A DNA stretch of 64,000 nt from an uncultured Candidatus Rokubacteria bacterium (lineage in GTDB: Bacteria; Methylomirabilota; Methylomirabilia; Rokubacteriales; CSP1-6). The stretch is from assembly GCA_963771355.1 (NCBI GenBank), contig CAVYTA010000006.1:2528001-2592000 (forward strand), read 5' to 3'. The notes beneath the pieces are model-generated. The model made no database searches. It had not been told where the DNA came from and saw nothing but the letters and a program-made list of their open reading frames with translations. A program made the translations under genes and the position numbers. Below, piece by piece: positions 30,715-41,294 of the stretch (its first letter is position 1; each line of letters opens with the position of its first letter).

Positions 30715-31456
30715 GGATCTCGGCCAGGCGCGGGTAGGCGTCGGGAGTGAGGCAGCCGCCGATGACGAGCGGGCGCGCCGCTCCGGCGGCGAGCAGGCGC
30801 GGGATCGCGAGGCCCGTCTCCAGCTTGCCGTGAAGCCAGGGCAGCAGCGAGGCGCCGAAGCGCGCGCGGAGCGCCTCGAGGGCCCGCGGGAGGTATGCCG
30901 CGCCCTCCGGCGCCTTGGCCTCGATCTCCACCTCGTGATGGCGGACGGCGCCCGCGTCCAGTCGATAGGTCACCGCGTCGATGGCCAGCTCGGCGAGGAC
31001 GGCACCCCCCTCGCCCAGCGCGTTCCGGAGCCGCCGGTGCGTCGCGCGCTCCTGTAGCGCCTCGAGCCCCATCGCCCGCAGCGCCGCGACGGGCTCTCCC
31101 GCCGCCGGCGCCACTCCGAGGGCGATCCCGCGGGCGGCGAGGAGCGCCCGCAGGCGATCGAGCGCCGCGGCGGACCAGGGCTCCTCGATCTCCTCGCGCT
31201 CGAGCACGCCGGGGTCCACCTCGCGGCTGGACCCCTTCAGCGTGAGCAGCGTTTCGTCGTCCGCCACCCGCACCCGCAGCGCGTCCCCCCGGCGGCTCAG
31301 CGCGCGCGCCGGCGTATCGAGGTACACGTCGCGGAGCGCGACCTCGCCGGCGGAGACGAGACGCGCCCCCGCGAGATGATCCAGGGCCGCGACGGCGTCC
31401 GCGATGGCCTCCGGCCGCGCGTCGCGGATGACGAGCTTGGCTTCACGCTCCGCCAA
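30680..31456 (-). CDS. CYTH (triphosphate tunnel metalloenzyme) domain protein
   Basis: ExExK (EREAKL), DVYLDT, ALRVR, LTLKG, REEIE, EVEIE. Confidence 0.8.
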   Translation of the reverse strand: MAEREAKLVIRDARPEAIADAVAALDHLAGARLVSAGEVALRDVYLDTPARALSRRGDALRVRVADDETLLTLKGSSREVDPGVLEREEIEEPWSAAALDRLRALLAARGIALGVAPAAGEPVAALRAMGLEALQERATHRRLRNALGEGGAVLAELAIDAVTYRLDAGAVRHHEVEIEAKAPEGAAYLPRALEALRARFGASLLPWLHGKLETGLAIPRLLAAGAARPLVIGGCLTPDAYPRLAEILSDAPAPPGAG

Positions 31457-32456
31457 GGGCTGTCACGCGCGGCATCACCTCGGCGGCGAAGAGATCGATG
31501 GAGGCGGCGGCCCCCTCCTCGCTCATCTCGCCGAACATGAGCCGGCAGGCGAAGTAGGTGCAGCCGCTGTCCGTCACCTGGCGCTCGATCTCCTCGCGCA
31601 CGCGCGCGGGCGTGCCCGCGATGGCCACGCCGCGCTGGCGCGCCTCGTCGAAATCCCGGGCGAAGCGGAAGGGCACCGCGCCGTAGTCGCGCCAGAGCTT
31701 GGTGAGGTTCGCGTACCAGGCGGCATAGGCGGGGCGGGCCAGCGCCTCCGCCGCCGCCTCGGTGGGCGCCACCACCACGTGGCGCGACATGCCGAGCCGC
31801 GGCAGGGGCGCGCCACCGTGCTTGCGCTGCCAGGTCTCGCGATAGCGCTCGAAGAGCGGGCGCGAGGCCTCGCTGGGGCTATTGCTGATGACGTTGACGC
31901 GGTTGGTGGCCGCCCAGTCCGCGCCGGCGGCATGACCGAGCCCGTACCACAGCGGCGGGTGCGGCTGCTGGAAGGGACGCAGCACCATGGGGACTTTCCG
32001 ATAGTGGTAGCGGGGGCCGCGGTGGTCGAGCACCTCGCTGGTCAGCCCTTGCAGCACGATGGCCAGCGTCTCCTGATAGATCTCCTCGGTCTCCAGATGG
32101 TGGAGGTCGAAGAACGCCATCTCGTACGGCACGATACCCCGGCCCACGCCGAAGTCGAAGCGGCCGCGCGAGAGGTGGTCGAGCATGCACACCTCCTCGA
32201 TGAGCCGCAGCGGGTCGTAGAGCGGCAGGCAGTAGACGCAGGGGCCCAGACGGATGCGCCGCGTGCGCTGGGTGGCGGCGGCGAGGAAGAGTCCGGGCAC
32301 CGGGGCGAGGCCTAGCGGGGTGGCGTGATGCTCGGCGAGGTGATAGGAGTAGAAGCCCGCCGCGTCGTACTTCTCCAGCAGCCGCAGCCGGCTCTCGTAG
32401 TGCTCGTGCAGCGGCACGTCCCGCTTGTCCAGATGATCGAAGACCCCGAGCTCCAT
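31443..32456 (-). CDS. LLM-class flavin-dependent oxidoreductase
   Basis: AEHH, PLRLIEE..MLDHLSRGR..FGVGRG, PFQQPHPPLW. Confidence 0.9.
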   Translation of the reverse strand: MELGVFDHLDKRDVPLHEHYESRLRLLEKYDAAGFYSYHLAEHHATPLGLAPVPGLFLAAATQRTRRIRLGPCVYCLPLYDPLRLIEEVCMLDHLSRGRFDFGVGRGIVPYEMAFFDLHHLETEEIYQETLAIVLQGLTSEVLDHRGPRYHYRKVPMVLRPFQQPHPPLWYGLGHAAGADWAATNRVNVISNSPSEASRPLFERYRETWQRKHGGAPLPRLGMSRHVVVAPTEAAAEALARPAYAAWYANLTKLWRDYGAVPFRFARDFDEARQRGVAIAGTPARVREEIERQVTDSGCTYFACRLMFGEMSEEGAAASIDLFAAEVMPRVTALGGA

Positions 32457-32595
32457 GGCGCCCGCCAGCGTATACCGCGCCCCCGGGGGAAGGAAAGCGT
32501 CGAAGAAAAGCTCCCTGGAGAAGGAGCCGCCCGGTGGAGTACCATGGGCCCACGATCGAGCGGTACACCCCGGGCGCATCGAAGAGGAGCGTTCC

Positions 32596-34311
32596 ATGGC
32601 CTACGATCTCCTGATCAAGAACGGCTGGGTGGTGGACGGGTCCGGTCGGCCGCGGTACCGGGCCGATGTGGGCGTGAGCGGGGGACGCATCGCGGCCATC
32701 GGTCGCATACGTGAATCCGCCCGCGAAGTCCTCGACGCCGAAGGTCAGGTGGTCTCCCCCGGCTTCGTGGACGGCCACACCCACATGGACGCCCAGGTGT
32801 TCTGGGATCCGCTCGGGACCTGCTCCTGCTGGCACGGCATCACCACCGTGGTCATGGGGAACTGCGGCTTCACCCTCGCCCCCTGTGCCAAGGAGGACCG
32901 GCACCTCGTGATCCGCAATCTCCAGCGCGCCGAGGACATCTCGCTGGAGGCGATGGAAGCGGGCATCGAGTGGAAGTGGAAGACCTTCGCCGAGTTTCTC
33001 GATACCGTCGACGGGCTCCCCAAGGGCATCAACTACTCGGGCTACATGGGCCACTCCGCGCTGCGCACCTATGTCATGGGCGAGCGCGCCTTCGAGCAGG
33101 AGGCGTCCGAGGACGATCTCCGCGCCATGGAAGCCGAGCTGCGCAGCGGGCTGCGCGCCGGCGCCATCGGGTTCACGACCTCCCGGTCGCCGAGCCATGA
33201 GACCCCGGACCGCCGGCCGGTGGCGAGTCGGCTCGCCAGCTGGGACGAGGTCCGGCGGCTGGTCGGCGTGATGGGCGACATGAACGCCGGCATCTTCGAG
33301 CTCGCCGGTGAGGCCGTGGATCGCGACCCCAACAATCCCGGCCTCGTCGACTATCACCGGCGCCTGCGCGAGCTGGCGGTCGAGACGGGTCGGCCCGTCA
33401 CGTTCGGGCTCTTCAGCCGTCGGGATGCCCCGGACGCCTGGCGCGCGTACGTGAAGCTGCTCGAGGACACCGCCGCCCAGGGCGGGCGCATGACGGCCCA
33501 GGTGCATAGCCGCGCGCTGTCCGCCGTGCTCTCGTTCAAGACCCAGCTCCCCTTCGATCGGCTGCCGGTGTGGCGCGAGCTGCGCGCGCTGCCGCTGGAG
33601 GAGCAGAAGCGGCGTCTGCAGGATCCCGAGCTGCGGAGGAAGCTGGTGGCGGCCGCGCGCGAGCGCGAGGACCGCAAGGCCATCGGCACCGAGGCGCGTC
33701 CGGCCGTGTACGAGTGGATCCACGTCATGGAGAGCGTGCACGGCCCCCACAAGTCGGTGGCGGAGATCGCGCAGGCGCGCGGGGTGGATCCGGTGGAGGC
33801 CATGATCGACCTCGGCATCGAGACCGACATGGACGTGTTCTTCCTCCAGCCCATCGCCAACGAGAACCAGGAGATCGCGCTGGAGCTGATCAAGAACCCG
33901 CGCACCGTCGTCACGTTCTCCGATTCGGGCGCGCATGTGTCCCAGTTGATGGACGCCTCCCTCCAGACTCACCTCCTCGCCCACTGGGTGCGCGCCAAGC
34001 AGGCCCTCACTCTGGAGGAGGCGGTGCGCATGCTGACCTTCGACACCGCCACCATGTGGGGCTTCTCGGACCGCGGGCTGGTGCGCGAGGGCATGGCGGC
34101 GGACCTGGTGGTCTTCGATCCCGACACCATCGCCGCCGAGATGCCGGAAGTGGTGAACGACCTCCCCGCGGGGGCGCGACGCCTCATCCAGCGCTGCCGG
34201 GGCGTGGCCGCCACCGTGGTCAACGGCGAGATCCTGCTCCGGGACGGCAAGCATACCGGCGCGCTGCCCGGCAAGCTCCTGCGGGGGCCGCTGGCGCGCG
34301 CGGGAGTGTGA
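32596..34311 (+). CDS. N-acyl-D-amino-acid deacylase family amidohydrolase
   Basis: PGFVDGHTH, GITTVVMGNCG, SDSGAH, ADLVVFDP; GAGGAG RBS. Confidence 0.9.
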   Translation: MAYDLLIKNGWVVDGSGRPRYRADVGVSGGRIAAIGRIRESAREVLDAEGQVVSPGFVDGHTHMDAQVFWDPLGTCSCWHGITTVVMGNCGFTLAPCAKEDRHLVIRNLQRAEDISLEAMEAGIEWKWKTFAEFLDTVDGLPKGINYSGYMGHSALRTYVMGERAFEQEASEDDLRAMEAELRSGLRAGAIGFTTSRSPSHETPDRRPVASRLASWDEVRRLVGVMGDMNAGIFELAGEAVDRDPNNPGLVDYHRRLRELAVETGRPVTFGLFSRRDAPDAWRAYVKLLEDTAAQGGRMTAQVHSRALSAVLSFKTQLPFDRLPVWRELRALPLEEQKRRLQDPELRRKLVAAAREREDRKAIGTEARPAVYEWIHVMESVHGPHKSVAEIAQARGVDPVEAMIDLGIETDMDVFFLQPIANENQEIALELIKNPRTVVTFSDSGAHVSQLMDASLQTHLLAHWVRAKQALTLEEAVRMLTFDTATMWGFSDRGLVREGMAADLVVFDPDTIAAEMPEVVNDLPAGARRLIQRCRGVAATVVNGEILLRDGKHTGALPGKLLRGPLARAGV

Positions 34312-35393
34312 CCCCGGCGGCCTCCGTCCCAAAGCCTGTCCGGAAGGGCGGCGGCGCGCACCTCGTGGGGAGCGTGCCGCTGCCCGACACGGAGTCGGTG
34401 TTCCGCACGCTCACCACCGCGCTCGGCCCTCACCTGCGGCGGCTCCCCGACGGCGAGACCGGCGAGCGCCGCCGCTGGATCTTCTTCCAGAGCGTGATGC
34501 TCAAGAATCATCCCGCCATGGAGGAGGACCCCACCGTCCCGCCCTTCGCGCTCCGCCAGTGGGACGGCAAGCTCCTGCGCGAGATGACGCTGCTTCGCTT
34601 CCGCGCCGGCGTCGATCCCCAGCAGGTCCACTTCGAGACCGGCTATGCGCAGGCGGCGCTGGCTTCCTACGACGTGTTCCGGCGCCTTCACGCCGAGATG
34701 GTGATCCCCCCGGGCGTGCGCTTCCAGGTCTGCCTCCCCACCCCCATGGCGAGCGCCTTCATGTACGTGAGCCCGGCGGCGCGGGACGCTTACGTGCCGG
34801 CCTACGAGCGCGCGCTGCGCCGGGCGCTCGGCGATATCGTCGCCGCCATCCCCCATGCGCAGCTCGCCATCCAGTGGGACGTGTGCCAGGAGGTGCTCCT
34901 CTACGAGGGCTTCTTCCCCGATCGGCCCGCGGACTACAAGCAACGCATCGTGGCGGAGCTGGCGCGGCTGGGTGACGCGGTGCCCGAGGGCGTGGAGATG
35001 GGCTATCACCTCTGCTACGGCTCCCCCGCCGACGAGCACCTCGTCATGCCGAAGGACACCGCCATCATGGTAGAGATGGCGAACGCCGTCCGCGCGGAGC
35101 TGAAGCGGACGATCGAGTTCCTCCACGTGCCGGTGCCGCAGGACCGCGCGGACGCGGACTATGTCCGCCCCCTGGCCGGCCTCGCGGGCTTCGACGACAC
35201 CGAGCTCTATCTCGGGCTCATCCACCACCAGGATCCCATCGGGGACCTCACGCGGATCAATGCCGCGCGCAAGGTGGTGGGGCACTTCGGGGTGGCGTCG
35301 GAATGCGGCTGGGGGCGAACGGATCCCCAGCGCGTGTCGGGGCTGCTGGAGAGCCACCGCGCCGCGCTGGAGCGCATGCGCGAGGACGGCTGA
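34308..35393 (+). CDS. Cobalamin-independent methionine synthase (MetE C-terminal)-like protein
   Basis: HLVGSVP, PDGETGER, IQWD, YHLCYG, SECGWGR; GTGA overlap. Confidence 0.7.
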   Translation: MTPAASVPKPVRKGGGAHLVGSVPLPDTESVFRTLTTALGPHLRRLPDGETGERRRWIFFQSVMLKNHPAMEEDPTVPPFALRQWDGKLLREMTLLRFRAGVDPQQVHFETGYAQAALASYDVFRRLHAEMVIPPGVRFQVCLPTPMASAFMYVSPAARDAYVPAYERALRRALGDIVAAIPHAQLAIQWDVCQEVLLYEGFFPDRPADYKQRIVAELARLGDAVPEGVEMGYHLCYGSPADEHLVMPKDTAIMVEMANAVRAELKRTIEFLHVPVPQDRADADYVRPLAGLAGFDDTELYLGLIHHQDPIGDLTRINAARKVVGHFGVASECGWGRTDPQRVSGLLESHRAALERMREDG

Positions 35394-35402
35394 GGGCTTC
35401 TC

Positions 35403-36593
35403 TCAGTCCTTCGGCAGGCCGAGCACCCGCTCGCCGATGATGTTCCGCTGGATCTCGCTGGTCCCGCCCGCGATCGTGTACTGCCGCGCGCTGACGACAC
35501 GGTTGTACCAGCGCGGCGCGTCGGGGACATCGGCGGTGGGCTGATTGACGAGCACGCGGGGCCCCAGCAGCTCCCCCGCGAAGTCCGCGATGCGCACCCC
35601 CAGCTCGGAGCCGAAGAGCTTGAGGATGGAGCCCTCGGGCCCGGGCGGCTCGCCGCGGAGCTGCCGGGTGAGGTTGCGGTAGCGCGTGTACTTCAGCGCG
35701 GCGGCGTCGATGACGAGCTGCGCCCAGCGCTGGCGCACCACCGGGCTCTCCCACGCGGGCGCCCCGTTCACGGCCAGCTCGCGCGCGAGGGCGCCCAGCC
35801 GCCGGACCTGATCGTCGTGGCCGCGCCCGCCGCCCGCCTTGCGCTCGTACATGAGGGTGGTCATGGCCACGCCCCAGCCCTGGTTGACCTTGCCCACGAG
35901 GTTTTCCTTGGGCACCGCCACGTCCACGAAGAACACCTCGTTGAAGTGCCGGTGGCCGTTCATGAGCACGAGCGGGCGCACCGTGATCCCGGGCGTCTTC
36001 ATGTCCACCAGCAGATAGCTGATGCCTCGGTGCTTCGGCGCGGCCGGATCCGTTCGCACCAGGAGATAGATCCAGTCCGCGAACTGGGCGCCCGAGGTCC
36101 AGACCTTCTGGCCGTTGACGAGGAAGTGATCGCCCTTGTCGATCGCCCGCGTCTGCAGGCCGGCGAGATCCGAGCCCGCGCCGGGCTCGGAGAATCCCTG
36201 GCACCAGATGTCCTCGGCGGTGAGGATGCGCGGCACGAACCGCGCCTTCTGCGCCGGCGTCCCGCACTCGATGAGGGTGGGCCCGATCATGCCGATGCCG
36301 GAATAGCCCGGCAGCACCGGCGCCCGCACGCGAAAGCACTCCTCGTCGTAGATGAGCTGCTCCATCAAGGTGGCGCCGCGCCCGCCGTACTCCTTGGGCC
36401 AGGAGACGCCCACCCAGCCCGCCTTGCACATGGTGCGCTGCCAGGCCACGCGCTTCTCGAAAGTGGGGCGATCGGGCGCCACGCGCTCGTCGGTGGGATC
36501 GTCCACGCAGAGCTCGCGCGGCAGATTGGCGGCCAGCCAGCCGCGCAGCTCCTGGCGGAAGGCTTCCTGCTCCGGTGTGTTCTGGAAGTCCAT
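35403..36593 (-). CDS. Acyl-CoA dehydrogenase
   Basis: WCQGFSEPGAGSDLA, NGQKVWTS, FNEVFF, IAGGTSEIQRNII. Confidence 0.93.
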   Translation of the reverse strand: MDFQNTPEQEAFRQELRGWLAANLPRELCVDDPTDERVAPDRPTFEKRVAWQRTMCKAGWVGVSWPKEYGGRGATLMEQLIYDEECFRVRAPVLPGYSGIGMIGPTLIECGTPAQKARFVPRILTAEDIWCQGFSEPGAGSDLAGLQTRAIDKGDHFLVNGQKVWTSGAQFADWIYLLVRTDPAAPKHRGISYLLVDMKTPGITVRPLVLMNGHRHFNEVFFVDVAVPKENLVGKVNQGWGVAMTTLMYERKAGGGRGHDDQVRRLGALARELAVNGAPAWESPVVRQRWAQLVIDAAALKYTRYRNLTRQLRGEPPGPEGSILKLFGSELGVRIADFAGELLGPRVLVNQPTADVPDAPRWYNRVVSARQYTIAGGTSEIQRNIIGERVLGLPKD

Positions 36594-36617
36594 CGCGCTC
36601 GATACTACCGCAGGTGC

Positions 36618-37088
36618 TCAGTCGCTTGCGAGGCGCTCGACGCGGGCGCCGGAGAGACGCAGGTAGTCGGCGGCAGCCATCACGATGGACACGTCGTTGC
36701 TCCCGGCATTGAAGGCGATCTCCTCGCGCGCCGCCAGCGCTTCGTCCACGAGGACCGGCAGGCCGAAGAGATTGCCGAAGGGCGGGACGGCGCCGGGGAC
36801 GCAGCCGGTGAGGGCGAGCAGCTCCTCCGGGGTGGCGAAGCGCAGGGTGCGGGTGGAGAGGAGAGCGCGGACGCGGGCATTGTCCACCCGCCGGCTCCCC
36901 GGCAGCACCACCTGCACGGGCGCGTCGGCGGCGAGGAGCACGAGGGCCTTGGCGCCCGACTCGGGAGGCGTGCCGCGGACGCGCGCCGCTTCCGCGCTGG
37001 TGAAGACGGGCGCGTGCTCGAGGAGGCGGTAACGCGCCCCCTGCTCGCGGAGCCAGGCCTCCAGGCGCTCTGTCACCGGCGTCCGCAT
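36618..37088 (-). CDS. YbaK/ProX aminoacyl-tRNA editing domain protein
   Basis: H.PVFTS, AKALV, RFAT.EEL..LTGC.PGAVPPFG, FNAG. Confidence 0.88.
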   Translation of the reverse strand: MRTPVTERLEAWLREQGARYRLLEHAPVFTSAEAARVRGTPPESGAKALVLLAADAPVQVVLPGSRRVDNARVRALLSTRTLRFATPEELLALTGCVPGAVPPFGNLFGLPVLVDEALAAREEIAFNAGSNDVSIVMAAADYLRLSGARVERLASD

Positions 37089-37131
37089 CCGCGGTAGTAT
37101 AGACGCCCATCGCGGCCAACGGAGACTGCCC

Positions 37132-38220
37132 ATGAAGATCACCCACGTCCAGACCCACGTGCTGCGCACCCCGGCGGGCAATCCCCTGGTGGTGGGGCTG
37201 CCCGCGCCCACCGACACGCGCGAGTTCGTCACCGTGGAGCTGGGCACCGATCAGGGTCTGACCGGGCTCGGCCTCACCTTCTTCGGCGGCGCGCTCACGC
37301 CGGCGCTGAAATCCGCGGTGGACACCCTCGCCGGGCTGACCATCGGCGAGGACCCCACCCAGACGGAGCTGATCGCGGCGAAGTGCCGTCGCGCCGCCAG
37401 CCACGCCGGGCCCGGCGGGATCTACACGCTCGCGCTGTCCGCCATCGACATCGCGTGCTGGGACCTCAAGGGCAAGGCGGTCGGGCAATCCGTGTGCGCG
37501 CTGCTGGGCGGGCTGCGCGACCGCGCGCCGACGTACGCCAGCGGCGCCCTCATGCGGCCGCATCCGGTGAAGTACCTGGCCGAGGCGGGCCCACGGCTGG
37601 TCAAGATGGGGTTCCGCCAGATGAAGATGCAGTGTGGGAGCGAGGCCACGGTGGCGGAATCCATCGAGCGCGTGCGCGTCATGCGCGAAAGCATCGGCCC
37701 CGATGTGGACCTCATGTGCGACATCAACCAGCTCTGGAGCGTGAACCAGGCCATCGAGATCGGCCACCGGATCGCGGACTACCACCTCTTCTGGCTAGAA
37801 GACCCGGTCGCCCACGACGACTTCCCGGGACTCGCCCGCGTGGCCGACAACCTCATCACGCCCATCGCCGCCGGCGAGTATCACTACGGCATCGTGCCCT
37901 TCCGTCACATGCTCGAGCACCGTTCCATCGACATCGTGATGATCGACCTCCTGCGGGCGGGCGGCATCACGCAGTGGATGAAGATTGCGGGCATGGCGGA
38001 AGCCTTCAACCTGCCGGTGGTCAGCCACCTCATCCCCGAGTTCCACGTCCACCTCATCGCTGCCATTCCCAACGGGCTCACGGTGGAGTACATGCCGTGG
38101 ACGCTCGAGCTCTTCGAGGAGACACCCGCCATGGATGCGGGCCAGCTGATGGTGCCGCGCAAGCCGGGCTTCGGGCTCTCGTTCGACGCGGCCGCGATCA
38201 AGCGCTACAGGGTCGGCTGA
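37132..38220 (+). CDS. Mandelate racemase/muconate lactonizing enzyme family protein
   Basis: [32 protein letters not shown]. Confidence 0.9.
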   Translation: MKITHVQTHVLRTPAGNPLVVGLPAPTDTREFVTVELGTDQGLTGLGLTFFGGALTPALKSAVDTLAGLTIGEDPTQTELIAAKCRRAASHAGPGGIYTLALSAIDIACWDLKGKAVGQSVCALLGGLRDRAPTYASGALMRPHPVKYLAEAGPRLVKMGFRQMKMQCGSEATVAESIERVRVMRESIGPDVDLMCDINQLWSVNQAIEIGHRIADYHLFWLEDPVAHDDFPGLARVADNLITPIAAGEYHYGIVPFRHMLEHRSIDIVMIDLLRAGGITQWMKIAGMAEAFNLPVVSHLIPEFHVHLIAAIPNGLTVEYMPWTLELFEETPAMDAGQLMVPRKPGFGLSFDAAAIKRYRVG

Positions 38221-38245
38221 GGCCGACACAAAGGAGACGAACGAC

Positions 38246-39004
38246 ATGGCTACCGAGAACAAGGTCGCGATCATCACCGGCGCGGGCAGCGGCATCGGCG
38301 AGGCCACCGCGCTGGCGCTTCTGGCCGAGGGCTATTCGGTGGCGCTGGCGGGACGCCGTAAGGACCAGCTCGAGCGGGTGGCGGCTTCCGCGGGACGGCG
38401 GGAGTGATCGGGCGCTGGTGGTGCCGACGGACGTCGCGGATCCAGGCTCGATGCGGAATCTCTTCGCGCGCACCAAGGAAGCGTTCGGGCGCCTGGACCT
38501 CCTCTTCAACAATGCCGGCATCGGCGCGCCCGCCATCCCCATGGAGGAGCTGACCTACGAGCAGTGGAAGGCGGTGGTGGACATCAACCTCACCGGCTCC
38601 TTCCTCTGCACCCAGGAAGCCATCAAGATCATGAAGGACCAGGACCCGCGCGGCGGCCGTATCATCAACAACGGCTCGATCTCGGCGCATGCCCCGCGGC
38701 CCAACTCGGTCGCTTACACCTCCACCAAGCACGCCATCACCGGGCTCACCAAGTCCACCTCGCTGGACGGCCGCAAGTACGACATCGCCTGCGGCCAGAT
38801 CGACATCGGCAACGCGCTGACGCCGCTGGCGGCGCGCATGTCCAAGGGCGTGCCCCAGGCCAACGGCACCGTCGCGCCGGAGCCGCTCTTCGACGTGTCA
38901 CACGTCGCCAACGCCATCGTCTCCATGGCCAAGCTGCCGCTGGATACCAACGTGCAGTTCATGACCATCATGGCGACGAAGATGCCCTTCGTCGGAGGGG
39001 ATGA
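38246..39004 (+). CDS. SDR oxidoreductase, frameshifts near 38395 and 38996
   Basis: [31 protein letters not shown]; ends [18 protein letters not shown]. Confidence 0.85.
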
Positions 39005-39008
39005 TCGA

Positions 39009-40211
39009 CTAAGCGCGGGGCTCGGCGGCCAGCTCCTTCGCGAGCGCGTCGGCGAGCCGCGCGTACTGCGCGCGGTGGTTGTAGAGCTGGGCGGACACGC
39101 GGATCACCCGGTGCGGCGCGCCGGGCCAGCGCATGATCGGCACCTCGATGCCCCAGCCCTCGAAGAGCCGGGGCTGAAGCGGGTCGGCCTGGCGCCAGGC
39201 GGGGTTCTTGAGCGGGCTCTCCGGAAGGCGCACGCTGGCGATGGAGCCGATCATCTCGTCCGGGCACGCCGGCGCCGTGCCCGCCGCGGCGCACAGGAGC
39301 CGACGCGCCTCCAGCGCCAGCGCACGATTGCGCGCCATCACCGCGGGCCAGCCGCCGGGTAGCAGCCCGCCCACATAGTCGATCGCCCTCGGCACCGTGA
39401 GCCAGCCGGTGGGGTCGCTGGTTCCCGTCCAGTCGAACTCGAGGCGGAAGCGCGTCCGCCCCGGACGCTCGCCGGTGGCGCCGTGGCTGATGGTGAGCGG
39501 ATGGACCTCGGGCTGGCGGTCGCGGCGCGCCCAGAGGAAGGCCGAGCCCTTCGGCGCGCAGAGCCACTTGTGGCAGTTGCCGCTGTAGTAAGCGGCGCCC
39601 AGCCGGGTGAGATCGAGCGGCACCATGCCCGGCCCATGCGCGCCGTCCACCAGCGTGTCGATCCCCCGCGCGGCCAGCGCCTCGACCATTCTCTCGATGG
39701 GCAGGATGAGCGCGGTGGGGCTCGTGATGTGGTCGAGCAGCGCCAGCCGCGTGCGCGGCGTCACCTTGGCGAGGACGATCTCCACGACCTCGTCGGGGGA
39801 AGACACCGGAAACGGGATGGTCGCCACCACGACGCGCGCCCCCGTCCGCCGGGCCACGAAGTCGAGCGTGTTCTTGCAGGCGCCATAGGCGTGATCGGTG
39901 GTGAGGAGCTCGTCGCCCGTCGCGAAGGGGAGCGAGCGGAGCACCGCGTTCACCCCGCTGGTGGCGTTGGAGACGAAGGCCAGATCGTCGGGATCGGCCC
40001 CCACGAAGGCACCCAGCGCGCGCCGCGCGACCTCCAGACGCGCATCCAGCTCGCGGCCGAGGAAGCGCACCGGCTCCGCTTCCAGCTCGGCGCGGAGCGC
40101 GGCCTGATGGCGCAGCACCTCGGCAGGGCAGGCGCCGTACGAGCCGTGGTTGAGGAAGGCGACGGCGGGGTCGAGCGGCCAGAGCGCCGCGAGGTCCGGC
40201 GGGGTGGTCAC
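39009..40211 (-). CDS. Class V PLP-dependent aminotransferase (isopenicillin N epimerase/EgtE-like)
   Basis: [39 protein letters not shown]. Confidence 0.9.
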   Translation of the reverse strand: MTTPPDLAALWPLDPAVAFLNHGSYGACPAEVLRHQAALRAELEAEPVRFLGRELDARLEVARRALGAFVGADPDDLAFVSNATSGVNAVLRSLPFATGDELLTTDHAYGACKNTLDFVARRTGARVVVATIPFPVSSPDEVVEIVLAKVTPRTRLALLDHITSPTALILPIERMVEALAARGIDTLVDGAHGPGMVPLDLTRLGAAYYSGNCHKWLCAPKGSAFLWARRDRQPEVHPLTISHGATGERPGRTRFRLEFDWTGTSDPTGWLTVPRAIDYVGGLLPGGWPAVMARNRALALEARRLLCAAAGTAPACPDEMIGSIASVRLPESPLKNPAWRQADPLQPRLFEGWGIEVPIMRWPGAPHRVIRVSAQLYNHRAQYARLADALAKELAAEPRA

Positions 40212-40224
40212 GGCCGGGCCCGGC

Positions 40225-41268
40225 TCAGAGCGGCTTGACGTCGACGGCCTGGCCCGACGCGGCGCTCTTCGTCACCGCGTCGGTGAACTCCATGTAGCGG
40301 ACGCCGTCCTCGAAGGTGGTGTGGGTGATCTTCTCTCGCCCGCGGATGGCGTTGATGAACTCCTCCTCCACCCGCCAGCCGATCCGCTTCTCCTTCGCGA
40401 TCGGGATCTCCTTCAGCGCGCTCTCGCCCTTGCGCGCGCCCGACAGCCGCTTGGCGTCCGCCTCGAGACGAATCGTCCCCTCGGTGCCGAAGATCCACAC
40501 CTCGGGCGGCGGGGCCAGCGCGGTCACGGAGCTGAAGCGCAGGTGAGCGGTCGCGCCATTGCCGAGCTCGGTGAGGATGTCGGCGTGATCAGGCACCTTC
40601 ACGTCGTGCATCTTGCCGTCGGCGTCTTTTCTCCTGGGCACGGTCACGCGGGTGAAGGCGGTGAGCCGCTTCGCGTGCCCCAGCCAGCGCGACATGGCCT
40701 CGTACCAGATCCCCATGTTGAGAATGTTGTGGCCGGAGAGCGAGAGGTCCTGGCGCCAGTGGAGCGGGGCCGCCGGGTCCACGAACTTTCCCTGCCCCGC
40801 CTGGAGCTCGACCGCCACCACCTCGCCGACGAACCCGTCGGCGATCAGCGCCTTCAGCGTCGGGTCGGTCTCGAGCGTATGCGGCGCCGGCACCAGCTGG
40901 GCCACCAGGTTCGGCGCCTTGCGCGAGGCCTCGAGCATGCGGCGCCCCTCCGCCGCGTTCATGGCCATGCGCGCCTCGCAGAGCACGTGCTTGCCCGCCG
41001 CCAGCGCGGCCAGCGTCAGCTCGCAGTGCATGTAGGGCCAGGTGCCGATGCAGATGGCGTCCACGTCGGGCGAGGCGATCAGCTCGCGCCAGCCGCCGTA
41101 CACCTTGGGGATGTCGAACTCCTTGGCCACGCGGTCGCCGGACTCGACGCTGCGGTTGGCCACCCCCATGAGGACCACGCCGGGCTGGGCCCGGAGCTTG
41201 GGGATGTGATGGAGACGGGTATTGGCGCCGGCACCGACGAACCCTACGCGGATGGCCTGTTCGCTCAT
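40225..41268 (-). CDS. Gfo/Idh/MocA family oxidoreductase
   Basis: VGFVGAG, GKHVLCEARMA, C-terminal TTFEDG. Confidence 0.88.
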   Translation of the reverse strand: MSEQAIRVGFVGAGANTRLHHIPKLRAQPGVVLMGVANRSVESGDRVAKEFDIPKVYGGWRELIASPDVDAICIGTWPYMHCELTLAALAAGKHVLCEARMAMNAAEGRRMLEASRKAPNLVAQLVPAPHTLETDPTLKALIADGFVGEVVAVELQAGQGKFVDPAAPLHWRQDLSLSGHNILNMGIWYEAMSRWLGHAKRLTAFTRVTVPRRKDADGKMHDVKVPDHADILTELGNGATAHLRFSSVTALAPPPEVWIFGTEGTIRLEADAKRLSGARKGESALKEIPIAKEKRIGWRVEEEFINAIRGREKITHTTFEDGVRYMEFTDAVTKSAASGQAVDVKPL

Positions 41269-41294
41269 GCGCGACATGATAGCATCGCTCCGCC

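Noticed and set aside
26228..40211. Possible beta-lactam biosynthetic cluster (IPNS-family oxygenase, beta-lactamase fold, isopenicillin epimerase-like enzyme)
   Set aside because: No ACV synthetase or NRPS. The genes are dispersed and differently oriented, and all belong to broad housekeeping or catabolic families.
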